64,000 nucleotides of DNA, taken from positions 1 through 64,000 of the forward strand of contig JBCCQQ010000013.1 in assembly GCA_039024555.1 (NCBI GenBank), in the 5' to 3' direction. Below the pieces are notes generated by a model. That model saw only the letters and a program-made list of their open reading frames with translations. It was not told the DNA's origin and ran no database searches. The translations under genes were made by a program, and so were the position numbers. This DNA comes from Cyanobacteria bacterium P01_D01_bin.156. GTDB lineage: Bacteria; Cyanobacteriota; Cyanobacteriia; Phormidesmidales; Phormidesmidaceae. Below, in pieces: positions 41,247 through 51,060 of this stretch; positions within the stretch are counted from its first letter, which is position 1, and each line of letters opens with the position of its first letter.

Positions 41247-42401
41247 ATGTTTAAAGTAGCGGTTGGCCATAGCATTGACCCTGATTCTAGTATGGCCATT
41301 GATGAGGCTTTAGGTCAGTGTCAACAACAGCTGGCTGGTATCGTGCCCCAGGCTGGTTTGCTGCTCAGTGCAGTGGATTTTGACCATGGTTTAATTTTGC
41401 GGAAAATTCAAGCCACATTTCCCGGTATGGCGCTGATTGGCGGTACTACCGTTGGGGAAATGTCCTCCGTCCTGGATTTCCAGGAAGATTCTTTAAGCCT
41501 GATGCTGTTTGCATCGGATGAAGTGACGATTCAATCAGGGCTGGGGACTAGGGTTTCTCAAGATGCGATCGCAGCCACTCGACAAGCTATTCCTGACCTC
41601 AACGGTAGACCAGCTAAATTATGCTACACCGTGGGAGAAAGTCTTGGTGTAGATGGTGTTGACATTGTTAACGGCCTCCAGGCCGCCCTAGGTGAAGATG
41701 TAACCATTTTTGGGGGGCTGACAGGAGATGACTGGAAATTCAAACAGACCTATCAGTTCTTTGGTGACCAAGTCCTGAGTGATGCTGTAACTACCCTGGT
41801 TTTTTCCGGTAATCTCATGATTTCCTGCGGTGTTGCCACAGGGCTAAGGCCCATCGGTCGTAAAGGAATTGTTACCAAATCCCAGGGTAATACTGTGCAT
41901 ACTATTGACAATCAATCCGTAAAGCATTTTTATGCTCAGTATATGGGGGATAGTTCCATTGCAGATGTGGGTGGTGCCTGGGGGGGGTCCGTAGCCGTCT
42001 TTGAACCAGGAGAAGAGAATTTTTATGTGCGAGGTCCTAATAGTCAGGATGAAGCTTCCGGTAGTATAGACTACTTTGGCCAGGTTCCAGAACAGGCCCA
42101 TATTCAACTTACTGAATCTAATACTGAAAGTTTGTTAAATGCCGCGTCCCAAGCTCTCAAGAGAGCCCAGGCCGACTATCAAGGCACATCTCCCAGCGTT
42201 GCCCTCATTGTTTCCTGTGCTGCTCGCATGAAATCCCTAGGAACGCGTACTCGCGAGGAATATGCGGTTGCCCAATCCGTATTAGGCAAACTCCCCAATA
42301 TAGGGTTCCATGCCTACGGAGAAATTTGCCCCCTAGGTACAACTGGAAAATCGTTTTATCACAATGAAACGTTCACCACCGTACTGCTAGGTACCCATTA
42401 G
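41247..42401 (+). CDS. FIST-domain (NosP-like) sensor protein
   Basis: [44 protein letters not shown] plus FIST_C. Confidence 0.9.
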   Translation: MFKVAVGHSIDPDSSMAIDEALGQCQQQLAGIVPQAGLLLSAVDFDHGLILRKIQATFPGMALIGGTTVGEMSSVLDFQEDSLSLMLFASDEVTIQSGLGTRVSQDAIAATRQAIPDLNGRPAKLCYTVGESLGVDGVDIVNGLQAALGEDVTIFGGLTGDDWKFKQTYQFFGDQVLSDAVTTLVFSGNLMISCGVATGLRPIGRKGIVTKSQGNTVHTIDNQSVKHFYAQYMGDSSIADVGGAWGGSVAVFEPGEENFYVRGPNSQDEASGSIDYFGQVPEQAHIQLTESNTESLLNAASQALKRAQADYQGTSPSVALIVSCAARMKSLGTRTREEYAVAQSVLGKLPNIGFHAYGEICPLGTTGKSFYHNETFTTVLLGTH

Positions 42402-42403
42402 TC

Positions 42404-44086
42404 GTGGCAAGTTCCCATGCAGTCGTTACAGCTACATTAACCATGGAGGATCTGACCCCAGACGAGTTACATCAGCGAATTGCAGACCTGGAACGGAGCA
42501 ATCGCATTTTAGAAAAGAAACTAGCCCGATCAGAAGCCACCAGGGGCGAGTTAGAAACCCTAAGTCAGCGACGTGAACTGATGCTAAAACAGCTGCTGCG
42601 GGAAGTAGAAACGGCCAAAGTAGATCTCGAAACTGCTAAGGAAGTTGCTGATAAAGCCAATCAAGCCAAGAGTGAATTTTTGGCCAACATGAGCCACGAG
42701 CTACGCACTCCCCTAAATGGGATTTTAGGCTACGCTCAAATTTTGCAGCGAGATAGCCAAACCACCCATCAACAAAGAAGCGGTCTGGCCATTGTGCAGC
42801 AGTGTGCCCAGCATCTGTTGACCCTGATCAATGATATTTTAGATCTTTCAAAAATTGAGGCCCGTAAATTAGAGCTACATCCTGAACCTTTGGGGGTGGA
42901 TGATTTTCTCTACGGCATTAAAGAGATTTGTCGGATTAAAGCCGAACAGAAGGATCTCACGTTTCAATATGAAGCGGTCAATCAGCTACCTACTGCCATC
43001 AAAGCAGATGAAAAACGTCTGGGACAGGTGCTCATTAACCTGTTGGGGAATGCTATCAAATTTACGGATCGGGGCCATGTTGTTCTTAAAGTGGGGTCTT
43101 TAGATCCTGCTACCTCCCCTAGGTTGAGTTCCCAGGAATCTTCTAACCAAGTTCGACTCCAGTTTCAGGTAGAAGATACGGGTATTGGTATGACTCCGCC
43201 CCAGCTGGAGAGTATCTTTTTGCCTTTTGAGCAGGTGGGCAGTGCGGAGCGTCAGGCCCAGGGAACTGGCCTAGGGTTAGCCATTAGTCGCCAGATTGTA
43301 GAACTAATGGGTGGTACCTTACAGGTTAAAAGTACCTACGGTGAAGGCAGTACTTTCTGGTTTGATCTAACCTTGACCGTTGCTGACGACTGGCAAGGTC
43401 GCCACAATGAGCCGTCAGTCTTGGATACGATTGTTGGTTATGGGGGCGATCGCAAACGGATTTTAATTGTCGATGACCGTTGGGAAAATAGATCTGTTTT
43501 GCGCAATCTACTCACCCCCCTCGGGTTTGATATCCTCGAAGCCGAAGATGGTAAAGCGGGATTGGAACAGGCAACAACCCAGATACCCGATCTGATTATT
43601 ACCGATCTGGTCATGCCAGAAATGGGCGGCTTTGAAATGACTCAGCAACTCAAACATTCTGACGCTACTAAGGACGTCCCCATTATTGCCTCCTCTGCCA
43701 GCGTGTTTGATTTTGACCGTCAGCAAAGCTATGCCGCGGGCTGTAATGAATTTCTCCCGAAACCCATCCAAATCGATGAACTCTTCGGTTATCTGCAGCA
43801 GCACTTAAATCTAGTGTGGCAGCATAGCGCCGCCGTCGCCGTTGAAGACAATAACCCCACTGGGAAAACCATTACCCTACCCCCCATTGCCATACTCAAA
43901 ACCCTACATGCCACCGCCGAAGCAGGCTATATCCTAGATGTTCAGACCATGGCAGAGCAGCTATTAACGGAACACGAAGCATTTGCTAGAAAAATTTTAG
44001 CCTTTGTGGACGAATTAGACGACGAAGCCGTTGTTGACTATATTGCCCCCCATCTAACAGAGTCTGCAGGAGGTGAAGCCCAATGA
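42404..44086 (+). CDS. Cytoplasmic hybrid histidine kinase (coiled coil-HisKA-HATPase-REC)
   Basis: [46 protein letters not shown]. Confidence 0.93.
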   Translation: MASSHAVVTATLTMEDLTPDELHQRIADLERSNRILEKKLARSEATRGELETLSQRRELMLKQLLREVETAKVDLETAKEVADKANQAKSEFLANMSHELRTPLNGILGYAQILQRDSQTTHQQRSGLAIVQQCAQHLLTLINDILDLSKIEARKLELHPEPLGVDDFLYGIKEICRIKAEQKDLTFQYEAVNQLPTAIKADEKRLGQVLINLLGNAIKFTDRGHVVLKVGSLDPATSPRLSSQESSNQVRLQFQVEDTGIGMTPPQLESIFLPFEQVGSAERQAQGTGLGLAISRQIVELMGGTLQVKSTYGEGSTFWFDLTLTVADDWQGRHNEPSVLDTIVGYGGDRKRILIVDDRWENRSVLRNLLTPLGFDILEAEDGKAGLEQATTQIPDLIITDLVMPEMGGFEMTQQLKHSDATKDVPIIASSASVFDFDRQQSYAAGCNEFLPKPIQIDELFGYLQQHLNLVWQHSAAVAVEDNNPTGKTITLPPIAILKTLHATAEAGYILDVQTMAEQLLTEHEAFARKILAFVDELDDEAVVDYIAPHLTESAGGEAQ

Positions 44087-45360
44087 CACCCCCAAAAATA
44101 ATCGCTAGCTTATCCAGCACCTCCGAGCAAGGCGGCCTCACTTGCAAGACACAAGATAAGCAGTCGATTTTAATTGTTGACGATAACCCCAACAATGTTA
44201 AGGTCCTCTGCGATCTTCTCAATAAAAACAATTACCGCGTTTCCATTGCTAAAAGTGGAGAGAGTGCCCTTAAAAAAGTGGCACGCTCATCTCCAGACTT
44301 GATCTTATTAGACATTATGATGCCCGGTATTGATGGCTTTGAAGTGTGTTCTCGGCTCAAAGCAAATCCGGATACTAAAGATATTCCCATTCTTTTTATG
44401 ACGGCTCTTTCCGATACCCTCAACAGGGTAAAAGGACTCAGCTTAGGCGCTGTTGACTACATTACTAAACCCATTGAACATGAAGAGACCTTAGCCCGTA
44501 TCCAGGTGCACCTGACCCTGCGTCAAACCCAGGCACAGCTGGTACAAGAAGAAAAAATGGCAGCACTAGGTCAGCTGGTGGCCGGTGTCGCCCATGAGAT
44601 TAATAACCCTCTAAACTTTATCTGTGGGAATTTAGAACCTGCTGTAGACTACGCCAAGTCTCTGTTAGAGCTGCTGCGCTTATATGAGGACAATACGACT
44701 TCTCCTTCAGCAGAGATTGCCAACTATGCTGAAGAGATTGAACTGGACTATATTCGCCAAGATTTTTTGCGGTTGCTCAATTCTATGGTGGTAGGTGCAG
44801 AACGCATTGAGAAAATTGTGCGTTCACTGCAGCTGATTTCACGAGTGGATGACTCTGTGCGCAAGCCAGCGGAACTACAGGATGGTTTAGATAGCACCCT
44901 GATGATTTTGCACAATCGCTTAAAAATACAGCCTGGGCGGCCTGCGATTGAAGTGGTTAGAAAGTATGAGCCATTGCCCTTAGTGCAGTGCTATCCTGGC
45001 AAAATCAACCAGGTTTTTATGAATTTGATCGTTAATGCCATCGATGCCATTGATGATAAGTGTTCTACTTTATCTACTGAGGAGCTAGAGACCGTAGAGC
45101 CTTCATTATTGATTTCAACAACTTTGGAAAATGAACAGGCTGTCATTACTATTTCAGATAGTGGAACCGGCATTCCTGCTAATATTCAACAGCGCATTTT
45201 TGATCAGTTTTTTACGACAAAACCAGCTGGAAAAGGAACAGGATTGGGCCTGGCTATTTCCCACGCCATTGTCACCCAAAAACACCGAGGAGAACTTACG
45301 TTTAAGTCTCAGCCAGGTATCGGTACAGACTTCATTATTAAATTACCGCTACTGGTCTAG
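44083..45360 (+). CDS. REC-domain histidine kinase
   Basis: [41 protein letters not shown] overlap with the upstream kinase. Confidence 0.93.
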   Translation: MTPPKIIASLSSTSEQGGLTCKTQDKQSILIVDDNPNNVKVLCDLLNKNNYRVSIAKSGESALKKVARSSPDLILLDIMMPGIDGFEVCSRLKANPDTKDIPILFMTALSDTLNRVKGLSLGAVDYITKPIEHEETLARIQVHLTLRQTQAQLVQEEKMAALGQLVAGVAHEINNPLNFICGNLEPAVDYAKSLLELLRLYEDNTTSPSAEIANYAEEIELDYIRQDFLRLLNSMVVGAERIEKIVRSLQLISRVDDSVRKPAELQDGLDSTLMILHNRLKIQPGRPAIEVVRKYEPLPLVQCYPGKINQVFMNLIVNAIDAIDDKCSTLSTEELETVEPSLLISTTLENEQAVITISDSGTGIPANIQQRIFDQFFTTKPAGKGTGLGLAISHAIVTQKHRGELTFKSQPGIGTDFIIKLPLLV

Positions 45361-45551
45361 GCTGATGCCATCTATAATCTTGGTAATTTAACGGTATTTT
45401 AGGTAGTCGTTAATTCTTAAATTCGGTAAAAAGGCGATGGATCCGGTATCTGCTGTCGAAAGGTCTTCAAGGGTAGGAAGAGAGCGCTAATCTAGATACG
45501 TACCACAGCGAAAGCTTTGATATCTAAATATTCTTTATTAAGGAGTGAAGG

Positions 45552-45770
45552 ATGTCGTCTAAACCTACTGAAAACAAATTTACTTCCGCAGACAGTACCC
45601 GACTCATTGCTTTGTTAACTCTTTTAGAAGCCAGTGTTGCCATGAAAGTAGACAGCACTATAACTGGCATTCTGTTCGCAATCATTATAGTAGTGAGTAC
45701 GTGCTATCTAGCAGTCGATATTTGGGGCCGAATCGTCAGGTCTGTTAGATCTTTCAAACGGTATCGTTAG
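45552..45770 (+). CDS. Small membrane protein
   Basis: AGGAG RBS; two hydrophobic segments in 72 aa. Confidence 0.55.
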   Translation: MSSKPTENKFTSADSTRLIALLTLLEASVAMKVDSTITGILFAIIIVVSTCYLAVDIWGRIVRSVRSFKRYR

Positions 45771-45808
45771 AGAGATTGTGAGGTGACTATAGAATCCTAA
45801 AAATACCC

Positions 45809-46753
45809 TTATTCATTGCTAAGTCTCTTTAAAGAGTTGAGGGACTTACGTAGCTCTCTTAAGGATGACCATCTGGCCTGCCCAGTGATAAAACCATCGG
45901 GCATTCTGGTATTGATAAGATTGGCCCCTTTGAGTTGTTTAAAGGTTAAATTAGTAGCACCTGAGAGATCAGCATTTTCCAGGTTTGCCTCCCAAAGAAC
46001 TACATTCTGTAGATTGGTGTCCATAAGCTTAGCTCCCTTTAAGTTAGCGCGCCACATGTAAGTCCTGGTCAAATCTGCATGTTGTAGGTTGGCATTCTCA
46101 AGGTTCGCATAGGACAGTTTGCTTTTGGCAAGATTGGCATACTGCAGATTAGTTTTTGAGAGATTAGCTTTCCACAAATTTGCTTTACTTAGATCGGCAT
46201 TCTGCAAATTAGCTGTACACAAATTTATATTCTGGGCACGAATTTGAGACAGCTTTGCAGATTCTAAGTTAGCACCCTCAAAATTAGAGTCTCTAAGATC
46301 GGCGTTATTTATATTGACACCGACAAGATGTACGTTTGGCAAGACTGCCCGCGTTAAGGAAACGTCTTCGGCTACTAATGTTTCTAACGCCCAGGGACGG
46401 GTTTGGCTGTTAGGAATATGGGCTGTAGTATCGAGCATCTTGAGCAGTTCTTTCTGTCGATGCAGCTTACGATTGGGGGCTTCTTTGTAGAAGAGTATAA
46501 CCACCATGATCGTGGCGATGGATTCGGCTCGGTCAAACAAAATGGCCAAAACTTTACGAGAGAGAAGGTCACTTGGTTGGGTAAGGGTTGGATCGCTGTA
46601 TAGTGCGATCTCACCCAGCAAAGTAACTGAAACACCGCAAACAACCCAGCTAGGTGAACGATGTAGATTTGACATCACACATTGCTTTGTACGACCAAAC
46701 CGCCGTAAGCATCTATTGATAAAGCGTCTAAGCTGAAAGACAGGTGATTTCAT
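45809..46753 (-). CDS. Pentapeptide-repeat protein with N-terminal membrane segments
   Basis: Long A(N/D)Lxx repeat tract. Confidence 0.85.
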   Translation of the reverse strand: MKSPVFQLRRFINRCLRRFGRTKQCVMSNLHRSPSWVVCGVSVTLLGEIALYSDPTLTQPSDLLSRKVLAILFDRAESIATIMVVILFYKEAPNRKLHRQKELLKMLDTTAHIPNSQTRPWALETLVAEDVSLTRAVLPNVHLVGVNINNADLRDSNFEGANLESAKLSQIRAQNINLCTANLQNADLSKANLWKANLSKTNLQYANLAKSKLSYANLENANLQHADLTRTYMWRANLKGAKLMDTNLQNVVLWEANLENADLSGATNLTFKQLKGANLINTRMPDGFITGQARWSSLRELRKSLNSLKRLSNE

Positions 46754-46777
46754 CCTATATTCTCAGTACAACAGCAA

Positions 46778-47167
46778 CTAACTATCCGAGGAGGTAGATG
46801 TCAGATCGACTTCATTAAGAAAGAGATGTAAGGGCTGCTCTTTGTAAACCATCCTATTCAATATGCTCTGGCCGCAAATCTCCTGTAAAAAAAGAGTTTG
46901 AGAGAGACTATTTGCTGACATGATTTGAGCATTCAGTAGCATTTCTAAGACATGTATCTGAGAGCGCAACCTCGACTCATCGTTAGTTTCTTGGTAACTC
47001 TTTGCCATCGTATTGATAGTGGTCTTGTTACCTGTTGGCAGTATGATCAATAGTCCTTTAGTCGCTATTCCCAAAATTCGACTCAGCAAGACGGTAGCCG
47101 TAGCCTGTGCGAAAATATGAGGTAGATCGGTAATCAACCAGGGTTCTGATATTACTAAAATTGCCAT
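46778..47167 (-). CDS. Hypothetical protein with a hydrophobic N-terminus
   Basis: 129-aa ORF ending 24 bp upstream of the pentapeptide gene on the same strand. Confidence 0.4.
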   Translation of the reverse strand: MAILVISEPWLITDLPHIFAQATATVLLSRILGIATKGLLIILPTGNKTTINTMAKSYQETNDESRLRSQIHVLEMLLNAQIMSANSLSQTLFLQEICGQSILNRMVYKEQPLHLFLNEVDLTSTSSDS

Positions 47168-47330
47168 AGTGAGATTGTCACAGCTCTTTAAGACTGTGCC
47201 TCATTAGTGTTAATAAAGTAAATAAACCTTGGATATGTCTGAGTTTGTTCTGTGGCGTCGGTAGGCTCTTCTTTTCCTACGACACACCAGTATCATCAAA
47301 CTTTTGAGCTTCTGAGGAAATCATTAGTGG

Positions 47331-47579
47331 CTATACAATTGGCTCTACGATTAACGTATTCCCCTGGCGATCTAGAATCCTTACTTTTTGTCCAGACTTC
47401 AAGATGCTACTACCTTCCTGACAAATTGCTGACCAAAGTACACCTCCATAGCAACGGACACGTCCTGCTCTAAAGGATTTGATTTCATCAGTAACAACTG
47501 CTATCTCAGAACCTAAATATCTACTACTAGCAGCTTTAACTGTTGTTGCTTGTTTGTTGTTGTAAAACAATCCGAACAT
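47331..47579 (-). CDS. Stand-alone NfeD-like C-terminal OB-fold protein
   Basis: AVVTDEI..GRVRC..WSA...GQKVRILDRQGNTLIVEP; RBS-like GAGGGG. Confidence 0.8.
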   Translation of the reverse strand: MFGLFYNNKQATTVKAASSRYLGSEIAVVTDEIKSFRAGRVRCYGGVLWSAICQEGSSILKSGQKVRILDRQGNTLIVEPIV

Positions 47580-48516
47580 AATTCTTACCCCTCTGGTTTC
47601 AGAAGCTGAGTGTTTTATATCGGCAGCAATATCAGCGGAAACTTGTTATAGACGACATTAAAAGACAGCTGATCTGGTGTCGATATAAAAATCGTATCAC
47701 TGAAAACCCTCTCTGAGTAAAGAACACAGCGGCTTTATCCGGATAATTGGAGCGAGAAAATCGGTATTAAAGGGTAATTTTTATAACCTGTTTTCTCGTT
47801 GATGTGTGATTTTATGGCCGTAGCCAAACAAAATCAGAAATTCAAGTGTGAGAGAAATCTAAAAAACTTTATAAGGTAAAATTTAAGGCGAAGACATAAC
47901 ATGAGGAACTTATCGGTAAATTTCGGCTTTAAGACTGTTGGTGTTGGCTGATAGTGACAGTGATATTGATGAGAAGGATATTTATTATCAGCATCAAATT
48001 ATATATTATCTCTGTCTGTTAGGAGGAACCAACATAAGCCGTGAAATCCAGATGATGAATAAACTTGAAGCTTAGAACTCGGAATATTAGGTAAGAGGTG
48101 CATTCCGAATTTCAAACTCTAGAGTTCTTGGGAACCCATTCTACGTTGTGTTGATGTCCGGTATTTAGCGGTATTTTGATATCGTTTTCTTCGGTAATTT
48201 AATGAAAAAAGCCGATGTTTCCGGTATTCAACTGTTCTGAAAAGTGAGCATACCTGTTCAATAAGTTAAACTGGTCGAACGCGTGAGGGATTTTCTTCTT
48301 GTGCGTAAAATTTGACTAGAGGTTCAGTCTTACCTGCATGAAGACCTGTTGTTAGCAGCTTACAAGCTACTGGGAGCAGGTTAGTAGTGAAGGGACTGTA
48401 CCTGACGACTAGGTAACCCTCATACTCAGCCTATCGTAGCCATAGTATACCATAATAGTTCGTATGAACTATGAGTGGTTCGTGTGGCTGTATAAGCCGT
48501 ATACCGAGCAACCGTT

Positions 48517-50991
48517 ATGGCCGCTAAAGCTTACGAAGTAGATAAGAAGATTTTTCAAGCATTACTGGTAGCATACCAGGAGAAATGTGGTTCTTCGCCT
48601 TCTAACTTGATTGACAGACTCAACCAAGCTTTTCCAGAGGACTTAGACGTTCTTCGTAAGAAGAGAGGGGGGTCTACATCCCGAGATCTGATTTCTGATA
48701 AGACCATCCGTAATTTTTTTAACTCCGATCAGCCTGGCCGTATGGTCGAAAAAAATCTCAACTTTCTGTGTCGCTATCTGCTGAGCTTCTCTAGCTATCG
48801 GGATGCGCTTAATAATTATAAATCAGGTAATACTACACCCCGAGGCAATGAGCTCAAACTCCAGCCTTCAAAGTCTTTGGTTACATCCTGGATCGAGCCC
48901 TATGTTGCGTACTTTATTAAAAAGTATGATCAGGTTCGAATCCCTAATATGACTAGATCTGCTCATATTGACTCTGTTTACACGGAGTCAATGCTATCGG
49001 AGGACCTGCGTATTCGTAGACGTAAGTCTTTTTTAGAACTACAGGCTGAGATGGAGCCAAACTATGTAGAAACTAAATCTCGGACTACTGTTTCTGATGT
49101 GTTTTCCGAGCACGAGCGTCTTATGGTTTGGGGTCCTGCAGGGTCAGGAAAAACCACGTCCCTAAAGTTTTATGCTCTTCGTATTGCTGAGTCTCTTCGT
49201 TCAAAGCCTGATGGTTCATTAGTTCCAATATTTATTGAATGTTCTCGGTTCTCAACGGCTGAAGTTGAGACTGATTTGCTTAAGGTAATTGCTGGCAAGC
49301 TTGAACATGGCGATATGAGTCCTGAAGAGTCTCAGGACATAGCCAAAGACTTGCTCAAGCATGGCCAGTGTATTGTTCTTCTAGATGGACTAGACGAAGT
49401 ACCTAAAGATATTAGACCCAAGGTATCTAGGCAATTTGACATACTGATTAATAAATATCCTAAAAATCGCTTTATTCTCACCTGCCGCTACGGAGCTACG
49501 GAATCTGTACCTGAGAACTTTACTGAAGTCGAGATGACCGACTTCGATCAGAAACAGATCTATACCTTTGTACATTCGTGGTTCAAGGATAACGATGAGA
49601 AAGGGGTTATTCGGAGATTTCTAGCGTATCTAAAAGAACACTCAAACATTGGGAAATTAGCAAAGAATCCTCTTCTGTTGACAATGCTTTGCTCAATTTA
49701 TGAACAGGGATACGAGTTTCCCAAAGGAAAAAGTTCTCTATTTGAAGATGCTACCGATCTCTATTTGCGGAAATGGGATTCTTATCGTCGTATCGATCAT
49801 AGAGACAAGATTTACGATGGTTTGCTATCTAGACCCAAACGACGAGATCTGTTTAGCCGACTCGCTTACGAAGGCATGAATCGTCAAGATATAGCTAAGA
49901 GCTTCTGGCGACGTACAGATCTGCAGAAGTTTATCAGAGAATACATTGAAAATTTGAAGGATGCAAAAGAAAAGTCGTTAGATGATGACGCCCGTCAGAT
50001 TTTGGATGCTCTAGAGTCCCAAGATAGCTTACTAACCCGCTCCGCCCATGAAGTTTATACATTCTCCTATGAGGGCTTTTCAGCCTATTTTACTGCTATG
50101 AAGGTTAAAGAAGAAATGGGAACTGAGCCTAAACATTGGAATCGCTTTCTAAAAGAACATGCTCTACAGCCTGAATGGAGAGAGTCTTTACTGTTTACAG
50201 CTGAGCAGCTTTCAGAAGCTAATACGTTCTTGAAGTGCTTGTTTAAGCTGATGCAGCAGCAGCTTGATGTCTTATCTGATACAAGTAGACAGCGCTTAAT
50301 GGAAGCGTTTGAATGGTTAGAGCAGGCAACCGATGGCGCTAAGGTTAGCTCCAGTGCATGGCGTGCTTGTTTTCTTTCATTCGATTTAGAAACTGACCTG
50401 CGTATTTCTCGTAAAACAAAAGGGATGGATAATCAAACAGCTCAAAGGGTTGCTACAAAGCTACGAGCTGTGAATAAACAAGCAGGAAGTTTGAAATCTA
50501 GAACAGACGCGGCCAAGCTGAGTCTGGATCTGGCTGTTATCCACACACTGGTAATGGATAGGGCTGAGAACTTGCCTACCAAGATTGAAATGCTTGAGCA
50601 CTACGACCCAACCTATCGAGCTGCACAACAAGATATCTCTGATAGATATAAAGACTCAATTGAGCTTGCAGAAAAGCTAAAGCCTGAGTTAGCAGAAGAA
50701 CTACATCAGCTCACAGATTCTATACCAAATCTTGAACAAGCATCCTGTAAAGCTTGTCAAAACTGGGCTGAAGCGCTCCAAGTTCTAATGAAACAGTATC
50801 TATATGAAGGGTATGCCATTGTTCTAGAGCCTCAGGAAGTTGATGCCCTTAACAACTACTTATATCTGTGCGAACTTCTGGTTGATTGTTTACAGGCAGA
50901 CATTTATTGCTCTAAATCTTTACGAGAAGATTTACTTGAGGCTTTGATGCTACCGTCATCCAGTGATAAAATACCTGGAACACTTTTATAA
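48517..50991 (+). CDS. NACHT-family STAND NTPase with a putative N-terminal DNA-binding domain and a C-terminal helical domain
   Basis: Walker A GPAGSGKTT, VPIFI, Walker B VLLDGLDEV, FILTCR, NPLLLTMLC, YTFS...AYFTA, WRE; C-terminal NNYLYLCELLVDCL. Confidence 0.9.
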   Translation: MAAKAYEVDKKIFQALLVAYQEKCGSSPSNLIDRLNQAFPEDLDVLRKKRGGSTSRDLISDKTIRNFFNSDQPGRMVEKNLNFLCRYLLSFSSYRDALNNYKSGNTTPRGNELKLQPSKSLVTSWIEPYVAYFIKKYDQVRIPNMTRSAHIDSVYTESMLSEDLRIRRRKSFLELQAEMEPNYVETKSRTTVSDVFSEHERLMVWGPAGSGKTTSLKFYALRIAESLRSKPDGSLVPIFIECSRFSTAEVETDLLKVIAGKLEHGDMSPEESQDIAKDLLKHGQCIVLLDGLDEVPKDIRPKVSRQFDILINKYPKNRFILTCRYGATESVPENFTEVEMTDFDQKQIYTFVHSWFKDNDEKGVIRRFLAYLKEHSNIGKLAKNPLLLTMLCSIYEQGYEFPKGKSSLFEDATDLYLRKWDSYRRIDHRDKIYDGLLSRPKRRDLFSRLAYEGMNRQDIAKSFWRRTDLQKFIREYIENLKDAKEKSLDDDARQILDALESQDSLLTRSAHEVYTFSYEGFSAYFTAMKVKEEMGTEPKHWNRFLKEHALQPEWRESLLFTAEQLSEANTFLKCLFKLMQQQLDVLSDTSRQRLMEAFEWLEQATDGAKVSSSAWRACFLSFDLETDLRISRKTKGMDNQTAQRVATKLRAVNKQAGSLKSRTDAAKLSLDLAVIHTLVMDRAENLPTKIEMLEHYDPTYRAAQQDISDRYKDSIELAEKLKPELAEELHQLTDSIPNLEQASCKACQNWAEALQVLMKQYLYEGYAIVLEPQEVDALNNYLYLCELLVDCLQADIYCSKSLREDLLEALMLPSSSDKIPGTLL

Positions 50992-51060
50992 GTTTGGTAT
51001 CGCTTGCGCTTAGCACCGATGGCTCTGTTTATCTAATAACAAGTCTATAATCTGCTTAAG

